DNA of 64,000 bases from the NCBI RefSeq assembly GCF_006345805.1, contig NC_042997.1, forward strand, positions 114,080,001-114,144,000. The letters run 5' to 3'. The notes beneath the pieces were generated by a model that worked only from the letters and a program-made list of their open reading frames with translations, had not been told where the DNA came from and made no database searches. The stretch comes from Octopus sinensis. Lineage: Eukaryota. The position numbers and the translations under genes are program-made. Positions 25,650-39,301 of this stretch are shown here, one piece after another (positions within the stretch are counted from its first letter, which is position 1; each line of letters begins with the position of its first letter).

Positions 25650-27190
25650 TCTTTAAAAATATTTGAGATAAAATGGATTCTGTTTGGCAGAATTAGAGAC
25701 CCTAAACTTCTGTCTCCTCCAGTACCCATGAATGTGATGCAATAAATAACACCACGTGTGTTTATTTGAGGAATTGTGTTTGTTAGAATAATTGCTAAGA
25801 TTCATCGTCTCCCACACTTGACGAGATAAAAGCAGTTGAAACAGCGACCATCTCCCCTTGCTGTCCCTTACCAGGACACAGTTATACACAGTTGAAGCAA
25901 CATATGGTCTCTTATTGTTTTGTAGAACAATTAAAAATGTTCTTTTAGTCAGATGACTGTTTGTCGTAGAGTAACTTTAAAAAAAAGTAAACTTTTATCT
26001 TGCTTGTAAATTAATACAAATAATTATCAAAGTGGATGCTGTTCGTGATTGAGAAGTGGAAGTCGTATTTGAAGTAATTAAGATTGCTATATTTATTTAA
26101 GACTTATTTTCTCTACCATTTTCCAAGAACGTCGCTGGCTATTGTAGAAAGAGGACTCGGCAAATGAAATTCTTTTGAATCTCCAAGAGAGTCAAGGCTA
26201 TTGAACAGGTTGCAAGATGCAACGAAAATTTTAGGAAAATAAGAATTAAGTGGAAATTTTACCGGTGAGTGTGTTACATTATAAGACAAAAAAAGAAAAT
26301 GACTCTCCCCAGACATAGCAGAATGAAATCTTTAAATTTCTCTTTTATTAAAGAAAGTATTCTCTGAAATGGGACACTCGATGTTAAAAGCCTTCATCGT
26401 TAGATTGTAACTGTAGAAGGTTGGGATAGATCCGGGTAGAAAAATAAATGTGGACAAGTTTAGTGTTGATAAGAACCAACTCTGGAGACGTCTGGACTTG
26501 TCACCTTGTTGACTTGGAACGATGACAGGAGTTTTCGCCCCTGGTGACTGTGTAGTTGAGGTGGGGAAAATTTGTGTGTGTAGAATTGGAAGCAAAACAA
26601 CAACCAATGTGTGCTATTTACAGAACTCTGTTGGCGGGTAGGAGGATTCTGCTCAGTTAGTAGAGAGATCCTATTGGCAAGGGACCAGAAGGTTCAGTTG
26701 CAAAGTGGGAAGCCAGACATTATAAGCCGCACAGTGCACGAAAACATCCTTTACTTTCCTATTGGTCGTCTTGTATGCGTTTAGGTGGTGGGTAAACGTG
26801 GTGGTGGAGTATAGTTTCTTTCTGGTGATATTGTAGGCAGTGTTCGTCGTATCTACAGTTACAGTGTAGATGTTGGGTGGCAGGGATTTTTGGTTAGTGT
26901 TAGGTGTGTGTGTGTGGAGGGATATACGTAGGTGGATGGCGTCAGTGAGATATTAAACTGTTTCGGATGGATCAAAGGTGAAACGTTTGCTAGCAAGAGC
27001 AAGCAGTGAGCAATACATGCAACTTGGCGGTATTTCTGCTCTGTTGAGAAACGCGAGTTCGTGAGGGTGTGTGTGTGGTGTGAGGGTCAGGGTGGGGTCA
27101 GTCCTTGATGATGAAACGATGCTGGGTGACTTTGTAGTGATTATACACTGATCAACAATCTGATGGAAGCGGCTGGTATTTAATAACCCT
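25650..27190 (-). mobile_element. Highly degenerate CR1/Jockey-group LINE ORF2 (reverse transcriptase region)
   Basis: Collinear peptide remnants across frames: FWSLANRIS, FASNST, VNKVTSPD, NSLDSLGDSK, WETMNL (compare FWS.A..IS, FASNSTL, NKATGPD, ...LD..GES, W...NL); many stops; assigned from motif recall. Confidence 0.55.
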
Positions 27191-27382
27191 TTAATTATTT
27201 CTAACACACACACGTGTGTGTGTGTGTACCGACGGAAATATAACGTCTGTTCATTTATCGTATATCCTTTTGGTCATTTTGCATAATGAACTGTGGCCAT
27301 GCTGGGGCTCTGCTTTCATAGAACATGATCGATTATATCACTCCTTGTACTTGATTAATATTTTTTTACGCTTGATTCTAAA

Positions 27383-27796
27383 ATCATCACCACCATCGTT
27401 TAACGTCCGCTTTCCATGCTAGCTTGGGTTGGACGAATGACTGAGGGCTGGCGAACCAGATGGCTGCACCAGGTTTCAATCTTGATCTGGCAGAGTTTCT
27501 ACAGCTGGATGCCCTTCCTAATGCCAACCACTCCGAGAGTGTAGTGGGTGCTTTTACGTGTCACCAGCACGGGGTCCAGTCAGGCGGTACTGGCAACGAC
27601 CTCGCTCGAATCTTACACATGCCACCGGCACAGGTGCCAGTAAGGCGATGCTGGTAACGATCACGCTCGAATGGTGTCTTTTACGTGCCACTGGCACGGG
27701 GGCCAGATAGCCGCTCTGGCAACGATCACGCTCTAATACCCTACTAGTACGGTCTCGAGTGCCAGTAAGGCGACGCTGGTAACGATCACGCTCGGT
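27383..27796 (-). mobile_element. RTE 3' UTR fragment with internal repeats of about 50-60 bp
   Basis: catcgtttaacgtccgctttccatgctagc... followed by repeated aacgatcacgctc units; CpG-rich. Confidence 0.85.
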
Positions 27797-28075
27797 GCCA
27801 AAATAACTTCTGAAATACAGACATGGTAAATTTAAATCTGGTTTTCCCTCCCCTCTAGGAGGATAAGTCTTTCGTCGCATTATTATTGCTTTCAAATGAA
27901 CTTTCTTGTGATTAATTTAGCAAAAAAGTTTTAAATCTCACAGCCTTTTCAATTAAAAAGGCTTACCGTCGTCTGTATGAAGATTAAATGCTTTTGGCTT
28001 CGCATAAGTTGCTTTACTAAACTTGCTTGAACTGGATGAAGAACTGGTGGATCGTGAGAATGTGTGTGTTTTGGG

Positions 28076-28486
28076 GGATCTTTTCACTTTGACCGGCAGA
28101 TTTTTAAAATAATTTCTCCTAGTATCGATCTATTGCATTTCAATCTGTTTTAGGGTTAAGGTTAGGGGTGGGGGAAGGGTATCTTTTTTTCTTCAGAAAT
28201 GTAAATAAACCCAATCTGTTTCTTAAACAAATATATAATATGTAACAGGGACATTTTCATATGACGCCGCCAGAAAATGTTTTCACCTCAATAAACGTCA
28301 TTGATTGGTTGAAATTGCCGAAATGCAAGAAATTAAACAACAAATATGTTACAAACTACAGAATTTTCTCAAGAAAGCCAAGAGAAAAAGATATTTTATA
28401 AACACATTCTACCAGTGCACGAAGTTAAAACTTTTTTAGTTATATAGAATTATTTTAAAAATCTGTTGGTCAAAGTGAAAAGATCC
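28076..28486. mobile_element. MITE with about 40-bp TIR (GGATCTTTTCACTTTGACC...) and perfect 8-bp TSD GTTTTGGG; Merlin-like
   Basis: TIRs at both ends; gttttggg at 28068-28075 and 28487-28494. Confidence 0.88.
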
Positions 28487-29770
28487 GTTTTGGGGGTCTC
28501 TGGTGACCACCGCCCTACCATTCATTGTAATTTTTTTTTTTTCATTTAACAGCGGTTTCCAAGAAATTTCAGAATGATGTCGTGGGTGTAGCTTTGGTAT
28601 CATGTTTTAGGGCAATTTACGCCCGTTACTGTCTTCCTTACTTCAGCTTATTTACGTAAAACTTCTCTTTGACGTACATTCAGTTCTAACCAATGTTTTT
28701 TGCTCTTGAAAATCTGAAGACTTGCTTGATGAAGGATGAATTCACAGCCGGAAGTTATTCTTAGTGCAATAGTACGTTTTTGTTTTGTTGTTGTTGTGAT
28801 TATTATTAGATTAAACGCGAAAGCACTAATAGAGTTGTATTCCTGGATATATCTTAAATATATTTCGAATTCAGCGTTTTCTTAATCTTTTCTTTAGCCA
28901 ATTCTATTAGCCTCTGAGATTAGATTAACCACAAATATATTACCTGTTCATCAATAGTTTCTCTCCTCATTAGAAATAAGAGGAAAACAGTGAAATTAGA
29001 TTGGATGTTTTTGCTGTAGGTAAAATATATAAATTGACTCCGAATTCAAAAGCAAGTCGCATAACATAGCCGTTGTCTTTAATTATGTATGAACATGGAC
29101 GTTTTTTCCACACAAACGCGTATGGAGTGTTCGATTTATACAAAACCTGTATATTGTGTCTGTGAAATGGGGAACCGTGTGATGATGATGATAAACAGTT
29201 TAAAGTAGGAATTTAATATGGGTTATTTTAGTTTGCTGTAAACTCCAATGACGAACGGGACCAGTTGGATAAGTTTTAGGAGAGATTGCGACTGTTTTAT
29301 GTAACTAATTTGTAATTAAAAACGTGATTTAATTATAAAATGCTTATTGTTGTTGTGAGCTAGAAGGTTAATTTTGATCAAAGTAGATTTATAGCATGTA
29401 GGCAAGTAGACGTTCTCAAACGATGGTGGAATTTTGGAATAGTAGCCTTTCGAAGTCCCATCTCTTCTAGGAAAGGAATGGACAATAAGCAAAATATTAA
29501 AAAACAGTTCTTTTTTTTTCTCTCTCACAGAATCGTGATTTTCATTTCCTTTTCTAATATCCCTGCGTTTACAGGGATATTAGAAAAGGAAATGAGTGAC
29601 GGAAACTCCGAACTCTTCTTCTTCACCTCGGGAATTTTGAAGACAGTTATTTCAGAGTTCCCCTCAAACGGCCAAGTAGAGATTTATTTTTCTATTTATC
29701 TGAGGACTGTACGTTACAATACATAATGCCGCGGATGGTTGTATAGGCTGCAGTGTAATAACCCTTATAT

Positions 29771-29820
<50 letters not shown>

Positions 29821-29881
29821 GCTTGCCACTCACCAGCCTACTGCTCTTGGTGTGTTGGTCTCTGTATAGATCAAGGGTTAT

Positions 29882-30225
29882 TTTTATTCTTTTACTTGTT
29901 TCAGTTATTTCACTTCGGCCATGCTGGAGCACCGCCTTTACGCCCCCCAGGATTTCTTTGTAAGCCTAGTACTTATTCTATCACTCTTTTGCCGAACCGC
30001 TAAGTTACGGGGACGTAGACCCACCAACATCGGTTGCCAAGCGATGGTGGATACGCACACACGCACACATACGACGGGCTTCTTTTCAGTTTCTGTCTAC
30101 TGAATTCACTCACAAGGCTTTGGTTGGTCCCAGGCTATAGTAGACACATGCCTAAGGTGTCACGCGATGGGACTGAACCCGGAACCATGTGGTTGGGAAG
30201 CAAGCCTCTTATCACACAGTCACGC
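29882..30225 (-). mobile_element. SINE family A
   Basis: Family motifs; CpGs retained. Confidence 0.85.
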
Positions 30226-31109
30226 TGTTCTCAACCATTTAAAAAAATTTATTTATGGATCCTTTTGATTGCTATTTTATTCTGGTGCCCCCCCTCCCGC
30301 AACCATTCGATGTTTAAAAACTAGTCTTATAGACGCTTCTTTCAAACTTCCTATTTTATTTGTCACACACATACGCTTGTGTAGGTGTGTAACAGCAACA
30401 TCCTTCGACAGAACACGTTTCAGTGACCGGAAACCTGTTGAACTATGTAAAATGTTCACAAAGCTGTTTAATACTACTGCAGAGCCTCAATTTGCGGACC
30501 ACGAAAAATCTTATATGCCCCCCCCCCCCCCAACCTCGGTTGAAAACCATTGATTTAGAAGATACTCGTAAAATTAAGAAACCACACCTCGAGCCATCCA
30601 AGGAGTTTTGGCATGCTCGAAATAACAAACGAAATTTTGCTCATATCACATTTTCGCCGTCTTGGAAAACGGTAGGATACATTGTTCTAGACATTGAAAC
30701 ATCTATAATCATAGGTCTACCCTCTCAAGGCTAACCTGGGGCTAAACAGCAACAGCAAATTAAACGCACTCGCGCGCACACCCAGACAGACAAAACAACA
30801 GACGTTGGTCCTTTGTGATTAATTACAGATGTACGTCTTCAGTGAACCTCCTACACGGTGTGAAGAACTGGTTCAGTGTGACTAAATATAAATCCATCTG
30901 TTCACTTGTTAATTAGATTGAGATGTCCTTGAAAATCGCGGTGTCTAAAATTTCTGCTTAATTTTGTGTTGGACAAACAAACGTTCTGTAATGAAGAGAG
31001 AAAACTATATTGGCGACGGACTTCACTTTACGAAGTGTTTGTTGTACATCGTGATTGCGTGGAGGAGGTAGGATTTGTTACAGAGGATAATGTAATGATT
31101 AAATTTTCC

Positions 31110-31700
31110 GTAGTTTTTATTTTGTTTCAGTTATTAAGACTGTGACCATGCTGGGGCACCGCTTTGAAGAAATTTTTAGTCGAATGAATCGACCTGGTTT
31201 TTTTAAAACTTGGTACTCTCTCTATCGTCTCCTTTTGCCGAACCGCTAGCTTACAGTGACGTAAACACCAACACCGGTTATCAAGCAGTGGTCTCTCACA
31301 CACACACACCTATGACGGGCTTCTTTCAGTTTCTTATTTCTTTATTGCCCACAAGGGGCTAAACATAGAGAGGAGAAACAAGGACAGAGAAAGGGATTGT
31401 CGATTACATCGACTCCAGTATATAACTGGTACTTAATTTATCGACCCTGAAAGGATGAAAGGCGAAGTCGACCCCGGCGTGATTTGAACTCAGAACTTAA
31501 TGGCAGACGAAATACCGCTAAGCATTTCACTCTGCCTGCTAATGTTTCTGCCAGCTGCCTACCAAATCCACTCACAAGGCTTTGTTCGACCCGAGGCTAT
31601 GGTGGAAGGCACTTGCCCAATGTGCCACGCAGTGAGACTGAACCGGGAACCGTGTGGTTGGGAAGCAAGCATCTTGCCGCAATAGCCATACCTGACTATA
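31110..31700 (-). mobile_element. SINE A interrupted by a SINE C copy (about 31330-31557)
   Basis: SINE A breaks at cttctttcagtttc and resumes at gcctaccaaatccactcacaagg. Confidence 0.75.
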
Positions 31701-32015
31701 CTGGCGATGAACTTCACTTATGAAGTGTTTGTTGTATGTCGTGAGTCTGTGGGGTTTTGTTACTGAAGATAATGTAATGATTATACTTTCTCTATATGTA
31801 ATGTTATGTAATAGTTTTGTGTAAGGCATGCAGACATGGTTGTGTGGTTAAGAAGTTCGCTTGTTAACCACTTTGCTTCGGGTTCAGTTTCACTTTGTGG
31901 TACCTACCTTGGGCAAAGTTCTTCAACTACAGCTCCAGGCCGACCAACACTCTGTGGACAGATTTGTGAATTTTGGAAGCGGAAACTGTACAGAAGCTCG
32001 CCCCGCGTGCATCTA

Positions 32016-32258
32016 TATCATCATCATCATCATCGTTTAACGTCCGTTTTCCGCGCTAGCACAGGTTGGACGGTTTCGACCGGGGTCTGGGGAGCTCGGG
32101 ACTGCCCCAGGCTCCAGTCTAGTCTGGCAGTGTTTCTACAGCTGGATGCCCTTCCTAACGCCAACCACTCCGCGAGTGTAGTGGGTGTTTTTTACGTGCC
32201 ACCTGCACAGGCGCCAGAGGGGTCTGGCATCGGCCACGTTCGGATGGTGCTTTTTATG
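32016..32258 (-). mobile_element. RTE 3' UTR fragment
   Basis: atcatcatcgtttaacgtccgttttccgcgctagc... family motif. Confidence 0.8.
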
Positions 32259-32833
32259 TGGGGGGGGGTGCAGAAATATAGGGGAGCACCAGTGGGGAGG
32301 GGTGGTTCAGAGAAATGATGACAGGTTCTAGGCAAGTAGAACGTAGGATATCGAGAGAGGGGTAATGCATGGTGAAATAGCGTATTGAAGAGCGGGGTTC
32401 GAAGAGTAGACACCTATAATGGTGGTGGGAGAAGCGACATCCGGTATAGATGGAGCAAAATATAGAGATATCCGGTATTGGTGGTGGTGGTGGTGGTGGT
32501 AATATTTGGGCGAAGGTAAAGAATATGTACACCCGGTGGTTAGGGTTCAGGTTTTTGTTACACCGAAAGCCGGTGGTGTACGTATTCTTTACCTCCACCA
32601 ATAATTGTATGTGTGTGCACGCAAGCAACTTTGCGTTTATCTTGCACCGTTTGACAACTGTGTTGGTTTATTTATGTTCCGATAACTCGGCTGTTTGGTT
32701 AAAAGAGACTTAACTAGTGGGGTCATTTTATTAACCAAAAACCTTTCAATATGGTGCTTCAGCACAGCTGGAACCAAATGACTGCAACGAGTAGGAGAAA
32801 AATGTATGCATGTTTTTGTATGTGTTGTTTGTA

Positions 32834-32866
<33 letters not shown>

Positions 32867-33137
32867 TCTCCTAATTAAAGTATGACATCGATTTGTTTCG
32901 TTTTCGGTTTATCATTACATACAGCTGATGCGGAATTTATATATATTCTTTGTTTTGATATAATAAAATTAACAAAAAAATATATATAAATTACATAAAA
33001 AAACCCATAGAAATAACAGCTGCTGTGAGGGTTTTTATTTAATTTTTATGTATTTTTGAATTTATTCATTGTACATATACAATTAGTAAATTCAACCTTT
33101 TTTTTATAGATTTCATCGGTTTCAAAATTAAGTACTT

Positions 33138-33168
<31 letters not shown>

Positions 33169-33852
33169 TGATGAAAATTTAACTGTAAGCATTACTATAT
33201 TCCTCTTCTGTGGCATGAGTTTTAGTGAGAGTACAAGGTTCCTGGTGCCACCTGGAGAACCCACCCTAATGATCTGCTAGAAATATCAGCCAAATCTTCC
33301 TAATATCACGCATTATCATCTTAAGAACATGGAAGAAACCTGTTGGTTGATGTAGTTTTGGTTATATTATGCTCATGAAAAGTAAGATGGCACAGTCACA
33401 GCTGGGATACATCTTTGATCATAAGTCTGTTCAATGTAGGTTGAATTGAGGTGAAACAACAAAAGTACTTGTTAGAAATAGCAGCCGTAGTGCCCTGAAA
33501 TTGCACTCTATTTTTAAAAAAGTAATTGTTTATACATTGTATGAGGTCTTCTTGGGTATACTGTCCAAATAAATCGTTGATATTATGTTAAACTGTCATA
33601 TGTCCAAATTTGGCCAAATGAGTTTCTTTTTTTTCTTTTTTTCAATATTTAATTTTGCTTGCAATAGCCGGTTCTATCGTATCTCCAGCTGCTTCAGATG
33701 AAAATTGTCAAAGTGTAGTATAACTGTTTACCATTTTTCAATGGCAGTTATTTTATTTAATCCTCTATTTTCATAATTAACTCATGAAGCGCTGGGATTT
33801 GCACTTTCGTAGCATGGACTGCTGAGCACATTTTATGAAATGAGATTACTAT

Positions 33853-34258
33853 ACTCTTTTACTCTTTTACTTGTTTCAGTCATTTGACTGCGGCCATGCT
33901 GGAGCACCGCCTTTAGTCAAGCAAATCGACCCCGGGACTTATTCTTTGTAAGCCCAGGACTTATTCTATCGGTCTCTTTTGCCGAACAGCTAAGTGACGG
34001 GGACGTAAACACACAAGCATCGGTTGTCAAGCAATGCTAGGGGACAAACACAGACACACAAACACACACACACATACATATATATATATACATATATACG
34101 ACAGGCTTCTTTCAGTTTCCGTCTACCAAATCCACTCACAAGGTATTGGTCGGCCCGGGGCTATAGCAGAAGACACTTGCCCAAGATGCCATGCAGTGGG
34201 ACTGAACCCGGAACCATGTGGTTGGTTAGCCAGCTACTTACCACACAGCCACTATGCA
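33853..34258 (-). mobile_element. Near-consensus, apparently young SINE family A
   Basis: Full head-to-tail copy with (ACTCTTTT)2 tail and almost all CpGs intact. Confidence 0.9.
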
Positions 34259-36059
34259 CGAAAAAAAAAACGCAAAATATGGTTAAAATATCTTCTTAGT
34301 ATATAATGGTGGCAAGTTTTACATCCCCTGAAAAGTCATTAGTGACGTTAGATCCCAACAAAGGCTCATAAACTAAATGCACCTGTCTGGGCCACGATCG
34401 TGGCCTGCCGACCTCTGCCTGACAGCCACGATCATGGCCTGTCGTACTTTATGTGTTAATTGAAGTGAAAGCAGTGTATTTCAGTAGAAATATGGCAGCA
34501 CAAAGAATAAAGCTTGGCCTTCATAACTGAAAGTATTTCTGATGTCTGCAACCTGAAGACCATCCAATTAATACTCTGCTGTGTTCTGTTTTTCACTTCG
34601 GTGTAGAATACAGTTAAGTGTTTTGGTTGGAAGAGTCATTAAGTAAAATCACCAACTTTCAGGAAGCATTTCCAACTGATTGAACTCTTGCAGAATTAAT
34701 ACAGTCTGGAAAGTAAAACTTTCTGCTGTCAAGGTATCTTCGCAAATTAATTAAAAGAGAGACTGTTTTGTTTCACAACATTATATGAAGCCTGAAGAGA
34801 AAAATAAAAAGGCAGTTGGATTGTATAATTAGTATAATTAGTAAGTTGTTAACTGATGTTACTGCTGGTAGTTTTGTAGTTAACAAAGGATTAGTGCTGT
34901 TTTGTTCATTATTGATATAGTAAGTGTACATTCCCACCACCCCGAGTTGAAAGAAAGGATTGCCATCTTGTCAACTGCTTTGGTAAACTGTTCTTTCAAA
35001 AAAAAAAAGTTTTAATATATTCATAAAGTGAATACAGTTAGTCATATTGTTTTGTCTCTTTCCTGTTAGCTGTCTTCTCTTTGTTGTAATGCTTGGGGGG
35101 TAAAAAAAAAAATCTATTTTGGACTCCATGGTAACCTTTGGTTGTACTTAAGTTTAGATTTGTTAAAACATGAAATGTATTCTCAAATTTCAAGATTGCA
35201 CATAATTCATGTCCCTCATCCGAACATGTTTCCATGTACCTCTCCCCCCCATAAATTCTAAAAGTGAAAACACTCGTTGACTAATTAGTTTAGCTCTTAA
35301 AACTCTGCAGTGCTTTCGTCATTGTTGCCATTTAACATACATTTTTCCATGCTACTTGAGGCAGATTTTATCAGCCAAATGCTCTTCATGTCACCAACCC
35401 TCATCTGGTTTTCAAACCAAGTAGTGTTTCCCATGGCCAGACATGTAAGATTTTTAGACAACAGAAGCCTGGAAACGAACGTCACTTGTATAATGGTGAT
35501 GTTTGTACAACCATCACACAATTTCAAGGTAAAGTTGCACACGCATGCACGCACATGCGCGCTGGGATTCCTTCAATTTCTGTCTCCCAAATCCACTCAG
35601 AAGGTTTTGGTCAATCCAGAGCTTTGATAGAAGACACTTGCCATGCCATGGGACTGAACCTGAAACCATATGATCGAGAAATAAGCTTCTTAACTATACA
35701 GCTATGCTTCGATATAAATTTCCCATTCCTCTCAGAATCTAGAGAATTTGATGCAATGCACATAATCCAGTAGAAAAAAATCCATCAAAATATAATAACT
35801 ATTGCATGAATTTAGTTGGAGTTTGTTGATATGATGATTATTGGTCTACATTGTGAATATAGTTACCTGTTGTCATGTTACTTTCACCTGCCCAGGTATA
35901 GGTATGTTGAATACAGTTAAGTTGATTACACACAAGTATTTTTACATATATTTTACAAGATATTGGCTCCTAGATATTGATTTCTGTGCCTCAGAGCTAA
36001 ATTTGTGTTCCAGTGAGCTTTACCATTTGAGCATGGCCGTTGCCAGTATCGCTTGACTG

Positions 36060-36238
36060 GCAAGTAAAAGCACCCACTACACTCTTGGAGTGGTTGGTAT
36101 TAGGAAGGGCATCCAGCTGTAGAAACTCTGCCAGATCAAGATTGGAGCCTGGTGCAGCCATCTGGTTCGCCAGTCCTCAGTCAGATCATCCAACCCATGC
36201 TAGCATGGAAAGTGGATATTAAACGATGATGATGATGA
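36060..36238 (+). mobile_element. RTE 3' UTR fragment
   Basis: gtaaaagcacccactacactc...ccaacccatgctagcatggaaag...aaacgatgatgatgatg. Confidence 0.85.
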
Positions 36239-37732
36239 AGTTGTACAACTATTAGGAAAAGTATTCCGAGATATGTCTTCATCTCCTTCATTTAGAAGTT
36301 TTCCAACATCTACATCACTAACAAATTAGTGTTTAAAAATCTTAACCATTCACTGATAAGCACATCAATGTCTTTGATCAACTACAGTGATGATCAATTA
36401 TGTGATAATTCCTGGTTAGAATCCATAAATCCCGATATCACTTAGATGTGTGTTTACATCCCTGTAGCTTAGAAGTTTGGCAAAAGGGGGCCAATAGAGT
36501 AAGTGTCACGCTTTAAAAATAAGTACTGAGGTTGGTTCATTTGGCAAGAAATTCCTCAAGGTGGTGCCCCAGCATGGCTGCAGTCTAATGACAAAAACAA
36601 GTAAAAGATAAACAAAAGTAGTATATTTCAACAGAAATCCAGTAACAAAAGTGTTAAAAGACATTCCCAAACTTTAAGTTCTAAAATATTGAGGTGAACG
36701 AGTGGGTGAAAATAGGACTTTGGTGCATACCCACTCTTTGACTAGTTTAGGCTAATTTAAGAAAAGCAGCAGCAGTAGATTAATAAAGCTATTAATGGTA
36801 ATTAAAATATTTTGTTTCAGACGTCTTGCTGACAACTAAAACTTAAGAGGAAATATTCCTTTAACCTATTTTTTTCCAAAATGGATTTCAGAACTGGAGG
36901 ATTTGTGACCATGTGACATTTGCATAGGATAAATTAATCTAAGTTTTCACTTGGTGAATTATTGTTTGTCCCTCTTGGCCTCTTTCCTTCCCTCTGACAC
37001 TGGTTCTTAGTTTATGTATCAACATGACTCAAAATCTGAGGTCACTATGGCAGCTATTAATTTGTCTTGCTACCATAGTCATTGTAACAGTGAAATTTGG
37101 CTTAAAAAACATTTTAAAATTAATTAAACGTCTTTATTACTAATTGAAGTACTCAATTACCAGAACCTTTCTTACACCAGTTGTGTGTGTTTCATCATTC
37201 ACTTCATCATCATCATCATTCTCCTTTCGGTACTCATCATCACTGTTTAATGTCTGCCTTCCATGTTGGCATGGGTGGAACAGTCTAACAAGAGCCGGCC
37301 AGGCAGAAGCCTGCACCAGACTTCTGTGATTGTTTTGGCAGGATTTTTACAGCTGGATGCCCTTCCTAACATCAACCACTCAGCAGAGTGGACCTAGTGC
37401 CTTTTACATGGCACAAGCACAGGCGAGGTCGGTTTTGGCAAGGTTTTTACAGCAGGATACCCTTCCAAATGCCAACCACTTTACAGTGTGGACTAGATGC
37501 ATTGACAGGGTCACCAAGTACTTTGCAGGACAAAAAAATCTTTTGAGAGGGGATGGGGCATTGGAGGAGGTGATCTTGTGTCTGATAATGAAATGTTATA
37601 GTGTGACAGAGAGACAGACTCTTCCTTGTTGTTATTCTCAAGTAAGTCACTGAGGTTTGGATTCAGCACTTAAAGTACAAGAACAAATACAGCATCGAGA
37701 TTTGGTCTCACATTCTTTAAGTTCTTCTAGTC

Positions 37733-37965
37733 CAGTGATTCTCTATCATTTTTGGACTATTGACCCCTTTGATTTCTATTCTACTCTGCTGCCCCACCCT
37801 CAGCCAGTCAATGTTAAAAAAAATCCCATAGTATGTTTATAATTAAATATTATTAGGAATTGTACAAATAATTTAAATAGTCTGTCTATGGTAGAAGTAC
37901 AACCAATTTATTGCAGATAAATTTTAACAACAAAGACTTATATGGACCCCAGTTGAGAACCACTG
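37733..37965. mobile_element. hAT-type MITE
   Basis: TIRs cagtgattctc / gagaaccactg; flanks ttctagtc and ctctaatc (6/8 match). Confidence 0.65.
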
Positions 37966-37989
37966 CTCTAATCCACTACCCTGCATTAA

Positions 37990-38418
37990 CCCTTTCGTTA
38001 CCAACCTGGCTGAAACCGGCTCTGTAGTACAAATGTCTTGTTTTCATAAGTTTTGAATTAAAATCTTCTCCAAACCTTAGTCACAATTTATATTCCTAAC
38101 ACTAGCTGAATGATAACTAAGTTATTTTACTAAATTCTTTGTTATATTTAACCCCTTCATTTTGAGATGCTATGTGTTTCTTTCAATTACTTTAAATAGA
38201 ACAAAGAATTTAGTAAAATAACTTAGTTATCATTCAGCTAGTGTTAGGAACATAAATTATGACTAAGGTTTGGGGAAGATTTTAATTCAAAACTTACGAA
38301 AACAAGACATTTGTACTACAAGCCAGAGCTGGTTTCAGCCAGGTTGCTAATGAAAGGGTTAAAGTAATTGAAAGAAATACAGAGCATCCCAAAATAAATA
38401 CAGTAATGAAAGGGTTAA
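37990..38418. mobile_element. piggyBac-type MITE with a second copy (38152-38358) inserted in opposite orientation at an internal TTAA
   Basis: TTAA|ccctttc outer start; inner element bounded by TTAA at 38148-38151 and 38359-38362; outer element resumes agtaattg and ends gaaagggttaa. Confidence 0.85.
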
Positions 38419-38742
38419 TACTCTTTTTTTACTGACCCCCAAAAAACAAAAAGCAAATTTGACCCAAGTGTGCTTTGAACTCGGAGTGCTGAGTATCGTA
38501 TCAAATACTCACGCCAGCATTTTCTCTGACACTAGTGTTTGTACCAATTTCAAAATAGATGACTCACCATTGTATACTAAGTTTCTTCAATGACCTTTTA
38601 TTTGTATTAAGTACTGTGGTGGTTAAGTTAGTTTATTTTTAAAATGTTTAATTATCTCTGAATTAGTTGATTCAAGTTTAATTAATGAGGGGTTTAGTGT
38701 TTTAAAACTTGGAAAACTTTTATGAAAATTTTTGACAGATGG

Positions 38743-39104
38743 GGCACAGCCATGGCTGTGTGGTTAAGAGCTCACTTTGCAACCTTATGATTTTGGGTTC
38801 AATCCCACTGTGCAACATCTTGGGCAGGTGTCTTCTGCTATCACCTTAGGTCTACCAATGTCTTGTGAGTGAATTTGGTAGATGGAGACTGTGTGGAAGC
38901 CTGCTGTGTGTTTGTGCTTACCCTATCACTACTTGACCACTGGTGTTGGTTTGTTTACTTCCCTTTAACTTAGTCTTTCAATAGAAGAGCTAGAATAAAT
39001 ACCAGACTTATAAGTAGTGGGTTTGATTTGTTTGGTGTTGACTAAACCCTTCAAGGCAATGCCCCAGCATGGCTGCAGTCCAATGACTGAAACAAGTAAA
39101 AGAT
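38743..39104 (+). mobile_element. Older SINE family A
   Basis: Family motifs with CpG-to-TpG decay. Confidence 0.75.
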
Positions 39105-39263
39105 GAAATAAGGCCTCTAGCTTTATTTCGCAATGCAACAATCGTTGGCTCCTAATTTTTAGAATAACTACCCATCTTAAAACATTTTTATCTTGATGTC
39201 TCTTGCTAAAAACATTGACATTTTGGTAGAAATTACCCTCTAACTTGTCATAGAAATAAATAA

Positions 39264-39299
<36 letters not shown>

Positions 39300-39301
<2 letters not shown>

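Noticed and set aside
28145-28172. Interstitial telomere
   Set aside because: Only 2-3 imperfect TTAGGG units, inside a MITE
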